From IMG/VR virus record IMGVR_UViG_3300045988_070924, positions 1 through 64,000 of that record: 64,000 nt of DNA. One strand, 5' to 3'. Position numbers and translations under genes: made by a program. This stretch comes from a virus. Each line of letters opens with the position of its first letter. Position 1 is the first letter of the stretch. Shown piece by piece: positions 30,301-40,464 of the stretch. The notes under the pieces are model-generated. The model had not been told where the DNA came from and did not search any database. It was given only the letters and a program-made list of their open reading frames with translations.

Positions 30301-30969
30301 ATGGCAAAACCAGATTGGATATCATTTAGTGAATCTTCAGGAGAGGGTTCAGGCAGTTTTTCTATACTAGTTGATAAAAATGACTCAACTTCTGCAAGAA
30401 GTGGAGTAGTTACTATAAAAACTATTAGTGGATTAACTCATGAAATACAAGTAACTCAGGCAGGAAAAGTAGCAAATTCTTTTCAGGGTTCTGGAAAGTT
30501 CTGTTCTATTGGCATAGAAGCAAGTACTTTCCCTAGTGGGGTAAATCAAGTAACTTTTTGTGCTTCAATTATATTATCAGGTAATACCCAGCAGATAAGT
30601 GCAGGTACTTTAACTTTAACTAAAGATGAAAGCACAGGAATGTCTTTTGGAGATTTGTCTTTGGATTCTGAAAAAATATCAGTAGATAGTGGAGTGTATG
30701 TTGGGAGAATATTGGTAACCTGTAATCCAGGAAATATACCTTGGAGCACACCTTTTAATAGATTTACTGGAAGTCTAGAATATGACCCAGGAAATATAGC
30801 ATTTGGAACCTCTACATCTTCTACTTCCTATTCTGCTTCTTTTCAGCAGCCATTTGGCTATGCATGGGGATTTTACATACCTGAAAAAATTCCTATTTCA
30901 GGAGAGACTACTCTTGTTTATAAGACTCCTTCAAACTTACCAGCTATTTTAATTACCGAAGTAAGGTAA
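30301..30969 (+). CDS. BACON-domain structural protein (paralog 2)
   Basis: ATG at 30301. MAKPDWISFSESSGEGSGSFSILVDKN...QVTQ. The first 20 nt are identical to 29648-29667. Confidence 0.55.
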   Translation: MAKPDWISFSESSGEGSGSFSILVDKNDSTSARSGVVTIKTISGLTHEIQVTQAGKVANSFQGSGKFCSIGIEASTFPSGVNQVTFCASIILSGNTQQISAGTLTLTKDESTGMSFGDLSLDSEKISVDSGVYVGRILVTCNPGNIPWSTPFNRFTGSLEYDPGNIAFGTSTSSTSYSASFQQPFGYAWGFYIPEKIPISGETTLVYKTPSNLPAILITEVR

Positions 30970-31023
30970 AATTAATTATATTTTTACAAAAAACATTTCT
31001 TTAATTTAAAATCAATTTAAATT

Positions 31024-32691
31024 ATGGCTAAACCAAAATGGATTACAATTGGAACCACAGAAGGTTCCATGAATGGCTCAAGTGAAATCACTGCTGCTGC
31101 CTACACTGGTAGAGTTGCCAGAGAGGGTACTATTACAGGTACAACAGCAGGCGGAGCTACTGATACTACAGCTGTATCTCAGGCGGGTGCTGAAGAATTT
31201 ATTAATGTGTCTAACCAGAGTTCAGATACCGCAACTGCTGTTGGTCAAAGTATTACTCTTTCAGGTAAATCTAATTCTGCTGACCTTAAAATTGCCCAAG
31301 GAGTCCACATTGAAGGTACTACATATAAACTAGCTATTGCTGGAGTAACAATAGATTCTTGGAATGGTATTGATAATATAGAAATTCCAGGAGACCCAGG
31401 AGCATCAGCAGAGTACGACTTCACTATGACAGTGGTTATTCCTGAAAATAAATCTACTGAGTCTCTAACTGAACAATTTGAGATAATAAATGCAAATGAT
31501 ACTGTAAGGTATTCTCAAGTTGTTATTACTCAAGCAGCTGGTGTTAAGAATTATGCAACTCCAGTCATCTCTGCATTTGCTTACCCTATAGCATCTGCTG
31601 GTGGAGATTTAATTACTCCTTCAGTATTTAGCTACTCACAGACTTGGGGATGGAATGAGTCTAATACAAATGGTGGAACTCTCACTGGTACTCTTGAGGC
31701 TCCAGTTGCTGGTACAACATTTAAGTTTACAGGTCCATATATAGACCAGGAACCAAATGAGACTGGTGAGGTTGTATTTACATCAAAGGAAACCACTGTC
31801 TCAGGCATTACTGAAAGTACAGTTACTGCAACTGTAACTCTTAATGGTAAGACTTCTGCTGAAAAGACTGCCGCAGCTAATCAGGCAGCTAATAATGCTT
31901 CCTATGGAGATGTTAATTTCTCTAGCAGAGTTCCTTCAGCTTCTGATATTCCAGCTTCAGGTGGTTCTGTTGGTTCATCTAACATCACATGGTCTGGTAC
32001 TGGAGTTATTGCTACTCAGACAATTAGCTATACTTCTGGTTCTATAGTTACTATTTCTAATGATGCTGGCTCTTCAGTTCCAACATTTAATGCTATTGCA
32101 GTTACCTATAGTGCAGCTGTTACAGCAGCTTCTAAGGGTACGGCAGTTTCTGCAAGAACTGAAGCAGGTGTCATTACAATTACCGCAGCAGGTGCTGCCG
32201 ACAAGATAGCCACTAAGTCAGTTACTGTATATCAGGCAGCTAACTCTGCAACTTACGGTGATGTAACTATTGGTCAGGCTACTCCAGTATCTCTTGCTGC
32301 TCCAGGTGAGACTTATGCTATTGTTCCTGCAATGAAGCAGACAGTTACTTACACTTCAGGTGCTACTAGAACTGAGGCTACTCCAGCAGACAATAAGGTA
32401 CAGCTCTCTGCTGACTACACAGTTAAGACTGCTAAGGAAGGCTTCTCACTTGAGACTAATACTGGTAAGGTTACTGTTAATCTTAACCCTACAACTGCTC
32501 CTAGAAATGGCTTTGTTGTTACAATCTCAGCTGAGGGTGAGGGTGGTAAGACTGCTACTAAGGATATTACATTCAACCAGCAGGGTTCAGCTTCAACTCT
32601 TGACCTCTCTCCTGATACATTGTCATTCGTTGCAGAAGGTGAGACCAAGACATTGACTATCACATCTAATGATTCTTGGACATTGTCCTAA
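31024..32691 (+). CDS. Thr/Ala/Ser-rich protein with N- and C-terminal BACON-like domains (paralog 3)
   Basis: N-terminus MAKPKWITIGTTEGSMNGSSEITAAAY...AVSQ. C-terminus LSPDTLSFVAEGETKTLTITSNDSWTLS. Confidence 0.55.
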   Translation: MAKPKWITIGTTEGSMNGSSEITAAAYTGRVAREGTITGTTAGGATDTTAVSQAGAEEFINVSNQSSDTATAVGQSITLSGKSNSADLKIAQGVHIEGTTYKLAIAGVTIDSWNGIDNIEIPGDPGASAEYDFTMTVVIPENKSTESLTEQFEIINANDTVRYSQVVITQAAGVKNYATPVISAFAYPIASAGGDLITPSVFSYSQTWGWNESNTNGGTLTGTLEAPVAGTTFKFTGPYIDQEPNETGEVVFTSKETTVSGITESTVTATVTLNGKTSAEKTAAANQAANNASYGDVNFSSRVPSASDIPASGGSVGSSNITWSGTGVIATQTISYTSGSIVTISNDAGSSVPTFNAIAVTYSAAVTAASKGTAVSARTEAGVITITAAGAADKIATKSVTVYQAANSATYGDVTIGQATPVSLAAPGETYAIVPAMKQTVTYTSGATRTEATPADNKVQLSADYTVKTAKEGFSLETNTGKVTVNLNPTTAPRNGFVVTISAEGEGGKTATKDITFNQQGSASTLDLSPDTLSFVAEGETKTLTITSNDSWTLS

Positions 32692-32713
32692 TCATAGATT
32701 AGAATAAAATTAA

Positions 32714-32752
32714 CAAGAGGTTAAGTGTTCTACTTAACCTCTTGCTTTTTTT
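32714..32752 (+). terminator. intrinsic terminator
   Basis: CAAGAGGTTAAGT-GTTCT-ACTTAACCTCTTG followed by CTTTTTTT. Confidence 0.7.
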
Positions 32753-32764
32753 ATTTATACTTCT

Positions 32765-32772
32765 TACCTTTG
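32765..32772 (+). promoter_or_regulatory. -7 box of a Bacteroidota-type promoter
   Basis: TACCTTTG, 19 nt upstream of the ATG at 32792. Confidence 0.5.
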
Positions 32773-32791
32773 CCTATTGGAGGAAAAAGAT

Positions 32792-33412
32792 ATGAAACTT
32801 AAAAGTTGGATATATATAGGAGTAGCTGTTCTTGTACTTGGTATGATTGGTGTTATATCACTACAGTCTTCAAGAATAGATAGTCTGAAGAAAGATTTGT
32901 CAATAAGTATAGCCAATGAGAAGGCTTTATTTGCTGACAATGATTCTCTTAATAATAAAGGAAGAACATTACAGCTTACAGTAGAACAATTAAACTATAT
33001 TAATGACTCCATCATTGTGAAGATGAATGAAGTCAGAAAGGAACTTAAGATTAAAGACAAGAACATAAAGGAACTTGAATATCAATTATCTGAAGCCAAG
33101 AAGACTGATACCTTGATATTCAGAGATACTCTTTTCAGAAATCCAGAACTTAAGATAGATACTACTTTAAGAGATAAATGGTATTCTCTTAATCTAAAAC
33201 TTGAATATCCATCTACTGTAATTGCCTCTCCCAAGTTCATATCAGAGAGGTATGTAGTGCAGAGTTTAAGGAAAGAGACTATTAAACCTCCTAAGAAGTG
33301 TTGGCTGGGGAGACTATTCCAAAAGAGACATAAGGTGATTGAGACGGAAGTAATTGAGAAGAGTCCTTATATAATAAACAAACAGGAAAAATATATAAAG
33401 ATTATCGAGTGA
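32792..33412 (+). CDS. membrane-anchored coiled-coil protein (lysis cassette; spanin-like?)
   Basis: ATG at 32792. N-terminal TM helix WIYIGVAVLVLGMIGVISL followed by a coiled coil. Confidence 0.45.
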   Translation: MKLKSWIYIGVAVLVLGMIGVISLQSSRIDSLKKDLSISIANEKALFADNDSLNNKGRTLQLTVEQLNYINDSIIVKMNEVRKELKIKDKNIKELEYQLSEAKKTDTLIFRDTLFRNPELKIDTTLRDKWYSLNLKLEYPSTVIASPKFISERYVVQSLRKETIKPPKKCWLGRLFQKRHKVIETEVIEKSPYIINKQEKYIKIIE

Positions 33413-33801
33413 TGGATTTAGGAGTATTGATTACAGCAGGTATAGGTACTGTGACTACATTCTGCTCTGCATTTTTTACTTTTCTATTCTCAAAGAAGAA
33501 GTACAATGCAGAAGTAGATAGCACACAGATATCCAATATGCAGGCATCTTTAGATATATATCAGGACATGGTTAAAGACCTTGGCAGAAAACTTGATTTG
33601 TATTCAAAGATTGTAGACAAGAATAAGGCTGAAGTAATGAGACTTAAGAGTGTGGTCATCAAGATGATTGGTAAAATCTGTACAATTGAATCCTGTAAGA
33701 ACAGATGCCCTTATAGTGACACGGAGCTTGATGATTTGTTCAGACTATTAGATTTTGATACTGATGAAACTGACTATAAAGAGAACTATAACAAGAAATA
33801 G
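33409..33801 (+). CDS. small membrane protein (holin-like?)
   Basis: N-terminal TM helix GVLITAGIGTVTTFCSAFFTFLF. 130 aa. Confidence 0.4.
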   Translation: MMDLGVLITAGIGTVTTFCSAFFTFLFSKKKYNAEVDSTQISNMQASLDIYQDMVKDLGRKLDLYSKIVDKNKAEVMRLKSVVIKMIGKICTIESCKNRCPYSDTELDDLFRLLDFDTDETDYKENYNKK

Positions 33802-34222
33802 CTACACTTTAGGTAAGCTGTATATAGATGGGGTCTATTTCTGTGATACTTTGGAGGATAGAGACAGAGGACTTACTCAAAATATGTCAGTAGAGCAAAT
33901 AAAGTCTATTAAAGTACCTGGAGAAACAGCTATTCCAAAAGGAACCTACAGAGTTACTTTAGATGTAGTTAGTCCTAAATTCTCCAAATATCCATTCTAT
34001 ATGGAAACTTGTGGAGGTAAATTACCAAGACTTATTGATGTAAAAGGCTATGAGGGTGTTCTTATTCATGTTGCAGATGGCCCAAAGAGGGATTCCTTGG
34101 TACAGGGATGCATAGGAGTAGGCAACCTTTCAGCAGAAGAATATCTTATGAATGGTAAGAAAGTATTTGCTGAACTCTACAATAAGTTGAAGGGCAATAA
34201 TATAGAACTTGAAATTGTTTAA
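33764..34222 (+). CDS. DUF5675-like protein, possible cell-wall enzyme
   Basis: TLGKLYIDGVYFCDTLEDRDRG...TAIPKGTYRV...GYEGVLIHVADG...GCIGVG follows the pattern I recall for that family. Confidence 0.4.
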   Translation: MKLTIKRTITRNSYTLGKLYIDGVYFCDTLEDRDRGLTQNMSVEQIKSIKVPGETAIPKGTYRVTLDVVSPKFSKYPFYMETCGGKLPRLIDVKGYEGVLIHVADGPKRDSLVQGCIGVGNLSAEEYLMNGKKVFAELYNKLKGNNIELEIV

Positions 34223-34296
34223 TTATGGCTTGCAAGAAAAGTAAAGGTAAGGGAAAGAAGGGTAAGTAGTATTACTCTAAGTGAAAAAGTTTATAG

Positions 34297-34330
34297 GCAA
34301 TAAGGAAAATGTTTTCCTTATTGTCTTTTA
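34297..34330 (+). terminator. intrinsic terminator
   Basis: CAATAAGGAA-AATGTT-TTCCTTATTG followed by TCTTTT. Confidence 0.55.
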
Positions 34331-34343
34331 CATTTTTTGTATA

Positions 34344-34351
34344 TATCTTTG
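34344..34351 (+). promoter_or_regulatory. -7 box of a Bacteroidota-type promoter (scaffold-MCP operon)
   Basis: TATCTTTG, 24 nt upstream of the ATG at 34376. Confidence 0.5.
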
Positions 34352-34375
34352 CATGAAGTTTAAGGAGAAGATAAT

Positions 34376-35521
34376 ATGGAAGAACTTGATTTGAACAACA
34401 TCCTCAGCCCAGAAGAGGTAGATAATCTCTTTGATGAGGAAGGAAGTAAGACACAGGAAACTCCACCTGAACCAACGGAGGATGATAAGAAAAATAATGA
34501 AACTACTGAGGTTCAAGTAGATGCAGAAGATTTATTTGAATCAGAGAGCGTAGGTAGTGGAAAAGAAGATAAGCAAGGAAAGGAAGATACCTCCCCAGAT
34601 GGGACTGGTACTTCTCCCAAAACCAACTTCTACTCTTCCATTGCCAGTGCCTTGAAAGAAGATGGTATCTTCCAGAACCTTGATGATTCTAAAGCCAGTG
34701 AAATAAAAGATGCAGAATCTTTTGCACAGGCTATAAGAGATGAAGTTTCTGCTCAATTTGATGAAAGACAGAAGAGGATTGATGAAGCATTGAATGCTGG
34801 AATTGAACCTTCTGAAATCCAGAAGTATGAGAGAACACTCAATTATCTTGATTCAATCAAGGATGAGAATATTTCAGATGAGTCAGAGCAGGGTGAACAG
34901 TTAAGAAGACAGCTCATCTATAATGACTTCATCAATAGAGGTTACTCTAAAGAAAGAGCTCAAAGGGAAGTAAAGAAGTCTTTTGATACAGGCACTGATA
35001 TAGAAGATGCCAAAGAGTCTCTAAAGAGCAATAAGGAGTTCTTCAAGAGCTCTTATGACTCTATAGTAGAGGAGGCTAAGAAAGAAGAGGAAAAGGAGAT
35101 TGAGGAGAGAAAGAAGGATGCTGAAACTCTCAAGAAGAACATACTTGAAGAGGAGAAGGTATTTGGAGAGCTCCAGATAGACAAGGCTACAAGACAGAAG
35201 GTCTTTGATAATGTAAGTAAGCCTGTCTATAAGGACCCTGAAACAGGGGAACTCTTCACAGCATTACAGAAGTATGAGATGGATAATAGACTTGATTTTC
35301 TTAAGAATGTAGGTCTCATATACACTCTTACTGATGGCTTTAAGAACCTTGATGGGCTTATTAAAGGAAAAGTAAAGAAGGAAGTGAGGAAGGGATTGAG
35401 AGAGCTTGAAACCACTATCAACAATACTGCAAGAACCGCAGATGGTAATCTGAAGTTTGCAACTGGAGTTGATGAAGACCCTGAGTCTTATGTGGGCAAG
35501 GGCTGGCATCTTGATGTCTAA
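34376..35521 (+). CDS. scaffolding-like protein
   Basis: 381 aa, highly acidic and Lys/Glu-rich with coiled-coil character. Lies immediately upstream of the MCP. Confidence 0.5.
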   Translation: MEELDLNNILSPEEVDNLFDEEGSKTQETPPEPTEDDKKNNETTEVQVDAEDLFESESVGSGKEDKQGKEDTSPDGTGTSPKTNFYSSIASALKEDGIFQNLDDSKASEIKDAESFAQAIRDEVSAQFDERQKRIDEALNAGIEPSEIQKYERTLNYLDSIKDENISDESEQGEQLRRQLIYNDFINRGYSKERAQREVKKSFDTGTDIEDAKESLKSNKEFFKSSYDSIVEEAKKEEEKEIEERKKDAETLKKNILEEEKVFGELQIDKATRQKVFDNVSKPVYKDPETGELFTALQKYEMDNRLDFLKNVGLIYTLTDGFKNLDGLIKGKVKKEVRKGLRELETTINNTARTADGNLKFATGVDEDPESYVGKGWHLDV

Positions 35522-35559
35522 CCTCCTATTCTGAATTAACAACAATAACATAAAAATTT

Positions 35560-37074
35560 ATGGCAGGAAAGCTTGGTAAATTTCAGATGTTAGGCTTCCA
35601 GCACTGGAAAGGTACAACCAAGGAAAACCACCTTGGACAAATCTTCCAGTTAGCACCTCAGAAGGCTACAAACCTTATGGTGCAGCTGCTTGCCTACTAC
35701 AGAGGTAAGACCCTTGACACATTCCTCAATCAGTTCCCAACAAGGGAGTTTGATGATGACAATGAATATTACTGGGATGTGATTGGTTCTTCAAGGAGAA
35801 ACATTCCACTTGTTGAAGCAAGGAATGGGAATGGAGATGTTGTAAAGGATACAGATGCACCTGTAGGTGCTGGTTATACTCCATTCTATCTTGTATTCCC
35901 AGAAGATTGGTTTGCTGATGGAGAAATCCTTTGGGGTAACTACAATGAGGCATATCCACTTAGGGTTCTTGGAGAAGCAAGGTTTGAGGGAACTAATGCG
36001 GTTTATAAGGTAGAGGTCTTTGGTACTAATTCTAAGGGTGTACCAGCAGAAAGACTTCTTGCAGGAGAAAGGTTCTCTATTGGTTATGCTCCGGTAGAAA
36101 GAAGTTTCTCAAGGAAGGTTGGTGACATCAGATTCAGCTCACCAGTTTCTATGAGAAATGAGTGGTCTACTATTAGAATTCATCACAAGGTTGGTGGTTC
36201 AATGCTTAATAAGAAGCTTGCAGTAGGTATTCCTATTACTAAGGAAACTGAAGGTGGAAAGCTTGTTAAGGATACCACTAATATGTGGATGCACTATGTA
36301 GACTATGAACTTGAACTTCAGTTCTCAGAAGCAAAGAATAATGTACTTGCTTGGGGTGTTTCCAACAGGAACAGTAATGGTGAGTACCTTAACTTTGGTA
36401 AGTCAGGTGAGGCCATCAAGACTGGTGCAGGTCTGTTTGAGCAGATGGAAGTAGCTAATACAATGTACTACAACCACTTCTCACTTAAACTCATTGAGGA
36501 TGCTCTTTATGAACTTTCAGCATCTAAGCTTGATTTCAATGACAGATACTTTGTTATCAAGACTGGTGAAAGAGGAGCAATTCAGTTCCACAAGGAAGTC
36601 CTCAAGACAGTTTCAGGTTGGACACAGTTTGTACTTGACAATAACTCTATTGGAGTAGTTCAGAAGACTCAGAGCAAGCTTCATGAGAATGCTCTCTCAG
36701 CTGGTTTCCAGTTTGTAGAGTATAAGGCTCCTAATGGAGTAAGGGTTAAGATTGATGTAGACCCATTCTATGATGACCCAGTAAGAAACAAGATTCTTCA
36801 CCCAGAGGGTGGTGTAGCATACTCATATAGGTATGACATTATGTACATTGGTACAATGGACCAGCCTAATATCTTCAAGTGTGCTATCAAGGGTCAGACA
36901 GAGTTCAGGGGCTATGAGTGGGGTCTTAGAAATCCATTCACTGGTCAGATGGGTAATCCATACATGAGCCATGATGAGGATTCAGCAACATTCCACAGAA
37001 TGGCAACTCTTGGAATCTGTGTTCTTGACCCTACAAGAACAATGTCAATTATACCTGCAATACTTCAGGGATAA
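35560..37074 (+). CDS. major capsid protein
   Basis: 504 aa. Lies after the scaffold-like ORF and is followed by a strong terminator. Size and position match the crAss-like head module. Confidence 0.7.
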   Translation: MAGKLGKFQMLGFQHWKGTTKENHLGQIFQLAPQKATNLMVQLLAYYRGKTLDTFLNQFPTREFDDDNEYYWDVIGSSRRNIPLVEARNGNGDVVKDTDAPVGAGYTPFYLVFPEDWFADGEILWGNYNEAYPLRVLGEARFEGTNAVYKVEVFGTNSKGVPAERLLAGERFSIGYAPVERSFSRKVGDIRFSSPVSMRNEWSTIRIHHKVGGSMLNKKLAVGIPITKETEGGKLVKDTTNMWMHYVDYELELQFSEAKNNVLAWGVSNRNSNGEYLNFGKSGEAIKTGAGLFEQMEVANTMYYNHFSLKLIEDALYELSASKLDFNDRYFVIKTGERGAIQFHKEVLKTVSGWTQFVLDNNSIGVVQKTQSKLHENALSAGFQFVEYKAPNGVRVKIDVDPFYDDPVRNKILHPEGGVAYSYRYDIMYIGTMDQPNIFKCAIKGQTEFRGYEWGLRNPFTGQMGNPYMSHDEDSATFHRMATLGICVLDPTRTMSIIPAILQG

Positions 37075-37079
37075 ATCAT

Positions 37080-37113
37080 AAGGGGTAGGGTAGTACCCTA
37101 TCCCTTTATTTTT
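37080..37113 (+). terminator. intrinsic terminator after the MCP
   Basis: AAGGGGTAGGG-TAGTA-CCCTATCCCTT followed by TATTTTT. Confidence 0.65.
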
Positions 37114-37128
37114 AAAGGGAGATAAATA

Positions 37129-38118
37129 ATGGCAAAGAAAATGGAAGAGTCTATTGATTTTGGAGCTATAGATGATAGCCCAATTTCAGTACATGAAGTT
37201 AGTTCTATGGGAGGTAATGAACCACCTGCAAGAATAGAAAGTGAGAAGAAGCCAAAACCAAGTAGAGTGGTTGAATCTTGCTTAAGAAATGAGAGAGTAA
37301 TTATCAGGCATGTCCCTAAGGAGGGAGGGCTTGTTACTAACCCTAAGCATATCCTCTATGGAGGTATGGCTGAAAGTGCAGTGAGATACTTTACAGTTCC
37401 TATCCTTGGGTCTTCTGGTGCATATAAGAATGTACTTACAGATGATGAGAAGACATTTCTTGAGGAGATTATGGGGCTTGAATATAATGCTCTCTCTATC
37501 TATAAGAAGGAGAACAATTACTGGGATAACTATCAGGTTAGACTGACAAAGCAAGACAATTATCTTGACCTTTCAGTACCAGATGATTATATCAAGTACA
37601 AGGTCCTTAAGGCTAACTCTGACTTTATTGCAGATTCTCTTGAGACATTACAGGACAAGCCAAAGGTAACATACCAGTTTGTAATGATTAGGGAGGGTGA
37701 GCAGGAAAGCCAGGAGAGTGAAAAGATGTCAGCTACTATGAAGTGCTACATGGAATATGGTAGAATTAAGGATGACAGAGATGCTCTTAGGTGCATTATT
37801 GAACTTATAGATGGTAGACCTGTAGCCTCTAATTCAAAACTTGAGTTCCTTCAGGGCAAGATTAATAACCTTATTCAGGCTGATTCTAAGTTGTTCCTCA
37901 AGATAATCACTGACCCACTTCTTAGTACTAAGGTGCTTATCAGTAAGGCTATTGAAGCAGGAGTAATATCAAAGAGAGGTGACCAGTTATACCTCAGAAG
38001 TGACAACTCACCACTGTGTGACCACAATGAGGACCCTACTCTGAATGTAGCTGCAAGATACCTTAACCTTCCTAAGAATCAAGAGCTTAAACTTTCAATT
38101 GAAGCAAAGGTAAAATAA
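37129..38118 (+). CDS. virion structural protein
   Basis: 329-aa ORF in the head/connector module. Confidence 0.45.
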   Translation: MAKKMEESIDFGAIDDSPISVHEVSSMGGNEPPARIESEKKPKPSRVVESCLRNERVIIRHVPKEGGLVTNPKHILYGGMAESAVRYFTVPILGSSGAYKNVLTDDEKTFLEEIMGLEYNALSIYKKENNYWDNYQVRLTKQDNYLDLSVPDDYIKYKVLKANSDFIADSLETLQDKPKVTYQFVMIREGEQESQESEKMSATMKCYMEYGRIKDDRDALRCIIELIDGRPVASNSKLEFLQGKINNLIQADSKLFLKIITDPLLSTKVLISKAIEAGVISKRGDQLYLRSDNSPLCDHNEDPTLNVAARYLNLPKNQELKLSIEAKVK

Positions 38119-38119
38119 T

Positions 38120-38794
38120 ATGACAACACAAGAGTTTTCACTTGAATTTGATTTAATGTATAATAACATTTCTTCAAATCAAGCTCCAGGACTTTCAGAA
38201 TATGAGAAAAGCTTGTTCTTAACCCAAGCACAAGAAGCTCTGGTTCTTGATATTTATTCAGGAAAACTTGGAAGTCCTTTTGAAAGTACTGAGGAAGTTA
38301 CTGATTATTTGAGTCCTTTGGTTAAGCAAGTTACATATACAAGTAAAGTAGAAGGTAAGGGATTGGATTCAAGGTCAGTATTCTTTAATATAGATACAGA
38401 CATTTGGTTTAAGACAGGAGAAAAGGCAATAATAAAGGATGATTCCCTTAAATGTGGAAATTCTACAGAAAGAGAAGTAGATGTAGTTCCAGTAACACAA
38501 GATACTTTATATAGAACTAAGAATAGCCCATTTAGAGGACCTAATGAAAGAAGGATATTAAGATTGGACTGTGAAGCCAATAAAGTTGAATTAATAAGTA
38601 AATATCCTATTGAGTCTTATACAATAAGATATCTTTCAAAACCAGAACCTATAATACTTGAAGATTTACCAGAAGGTCTGACTATTAATGGTATAAGTAC
38701 ACCTCAAACTTGTAAATTAAGTTCAGCAATTCATAGAGCAATCCTCATCAGAGCAGTAAGTATTGCTAAGTCTGTTTGGGGTTCACAACAATAG
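38120..38794 (+). CDS. virion structural protein
   Basis: 224-aa ORF. Confidence 0.45.
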   Translation: MTTQEFSLEFDLMYNNISSNQAPGLSEYEKSLFLTQAQEALVLDIYSGKLGSPFESTEEVTDYLSPLVKQVTYTSKVEGKGLDSRSVFFNIDTDIWFKTGEKAIIKDDSLKCGNSTEREVDVVPVTQDTLYRTKNSPFRGPNERRILRLDCEANKVELISKYPIESYTIRYLSKPEPIILEDLPEGLTINGISTPQTCKLSSAIHRAILIRAVSIAKSVWGSQQ

Positions 38795-38824
38795 TTTTAC
38801 AAATATTTTAATAAATAATAATTT

Positions 38825-39847
38825 ATGGCAGCTTTTTCAGTGCATCAGGTAAGGCAGCTCTATGTTGCTAATGCCTACAAAGAGAATCTTGCAGCTCTTA
38901 AGGATGCTGGAGATATCACTGTAGTAAAGGAAGCTAAAGGCAGTGCTATCTATTTCCAGTACATGGGAGCACTTCTTGATAAGATGAGAAGTGACCTTAT
39001 CAAGATTGAGAATATTACCAGTCTCACAGCTACTAAAGCTGAAGACATGGCTACTAAGCTCAAGGGATATACTCTTACTCTTGACCCTGAGGTAAATGGT
39101 GGTCAGCCAGTAGCTGGGCAGGATTATATTCTTAGACTTGCATTTAGAGAGTATATTGGTATGTCAGAAGCAGACCAGTACTTCAAGTATGGTATGGTTC
39201 ATGCTTATTCAGGTCTTTCTGCATCTGATTTCTATAAGAAGATGGCACACTCTTTAGTAATTAATCTTTCAAAGGATGTAACAGCTCTTGTAGATGTTTA
39301 CCTCTATGATGGTTCTAATGAAACTAAAGTAGAGGCAATGAGTTGGGAGGCTTTTGATAAAGCCTATACTGGAACTTATACAGCAATTAGGTTTGTAGAA
39401 GCAGTTCAACCTTGGCATTTAGGTACAATGCCTCAGGCAGTAATTCCTTTTAAGGTTCAGCCAGTAAATGTTCTTGTAGATGGTGACCAGAGAATTTGGG
39501 GAGAAGTTAAGTCTTATGACCCTCAGGCTTCTCTTCCAGAAGGACAGCTTATTGCAGACCTTGAGTACTTCTGCATGGGTGAAAGAGGAGACCAGTACAG
39601 AAATATGGGATGGCCTAATGTTATTCCTACCAAGTATCTGGTTGACCCTAGCAAGAAATATGATGTTCTTAATATCCACTATTTCTATCAGGGTGATGGA
39701 ATTTCAGTACAGAAGTCTGAAAAGGACATCCAGATTGTAGTTCCTAGACCAGGAGAAGAGGATTATACAAAAATCAATGCTCTTATCGCAGCTATTAAGG
39801 ATATTGTCCCAGCTGAGACAAGAGCATCCCTTGAGGAACTTAAATAA
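38825..39847 (+). CDS. abundant virion protein (auxiliary capsid or decoration candidate)
   Basis: 340 aa, followed by its own terminator. Confidence 0.4.
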   Translation: MAAFSVHQVRQLYVANAYKENLAALKDAGDITVVKEAKGSAIYFQYMGALLDKMRSDLIKIENITSLTATKAEDMATKLKGYTLTLDPEVNGGQPVAGQDYILRLAFREYIGMSEADQYFKYGMVHAYSGLSASDFYKKMAHSLVINLSKDVTALVDVYLYDGSNETKVEAMSWEAFDKAYTGTYTAIRFVEAVQPWHLGTMPQAVIPFKVQPVNVLVDGDQRIWGEVKSYDPQASLPEGQLIADLEYFCMGERGDQYRNMGWPNVIPTKYLVDPSKKYDVLNIHYFYQGDGISVQKSEKDIQIVVPRPGEEDYTKINALIAAIKDIVPAETRASLEELK

Positions 39848-39850
39848 ACT

Positions 39851-39880
39851 AAAGGGACCTTAAAAAGGTCCCTTTTATTG
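39851..39880 (+). terminator. intrinsic terminator
   Basis: AAAGGGACC-TTAAAAA-GGTCCCTTT followed by TATTGTTT. Confidence 0.65.
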
Positions 39881-39902
39881 TTTAATTTTCAACTGAATTA
39901 GT

Positions 39903-40463
39903 ATGGTAATTTTTAATGATTTAAGAATAACTCCTGATGGTCAAAATCTTTTTATAGATGTTAAGGTAGCTCCATACAAATACTTTGAAAATATGTATAT
40001 ATCTTCAATAAGTATTGATACAGAAGAAACATTTTCTCCTACAGGAAAACCAAGTTCTAATGCAGTTGTAGTATATGAAAATCAAGATACAACTGTAAAA
40101 GAGTACAGTATAAATCTCTCACCAGATAAATTCAAGTTATCAGCATTTAATAGTCATATATTTTATGTATATGTATCTGTAGCTGGTACTCCTTCTATTG
40201 ATACTCCTTGTGCAATGGACACTGAGTATACTTTAGGGGTAGTATTAAATTGGCAACCTATATATCAAAAAGGTATAAATCATATGAAGCAAGTAGTTAA
40301 TGGCTGTTGTGAATTGCCTAAAGACTTCATAGATTATATACTTAGATTCAAAGCATTTGAACTTGCTATTAGAACTGCTCAATATACTTTGGCAAATGAT
40401 AAGTTCAAAGAGTGGTTTGCAGAAGAGAATGTGAAGTTTAACCCTCCTTGTAGATGTAAATAA
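39903..40463 (+). CDS. virion structural protein
   Basis: 186-aa ORF. Confidence 0.45.
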   Translation: MVIFNDLRITPDGQNLFIDVKVAPYKYFENMYISSISIDTEETFSPTGKPSSNAVVVYENQDTTVKEYSINLSPDKFKLSAFNSHIFYVYVSVAGTPSIDTPCAMDTEYTLGVVLNWQPIYQKGINHMKQVVNGCCELPKDFIDYILRFKAFELAIRTAQYTLANDKFKEWFAEENVKFNPPCRCK

Positions 40464-40464
40464 T

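Noticed and set aside
34225-34269. Tiny Lys/Gly-rich ORF (MACKKSKGKGKKGK) right after the DUF5675-like gene.
   Set aside because: It is only 14 codons, of low complexity, and lies just upstream of a terminator. There is no way to support translation from sequence alone.
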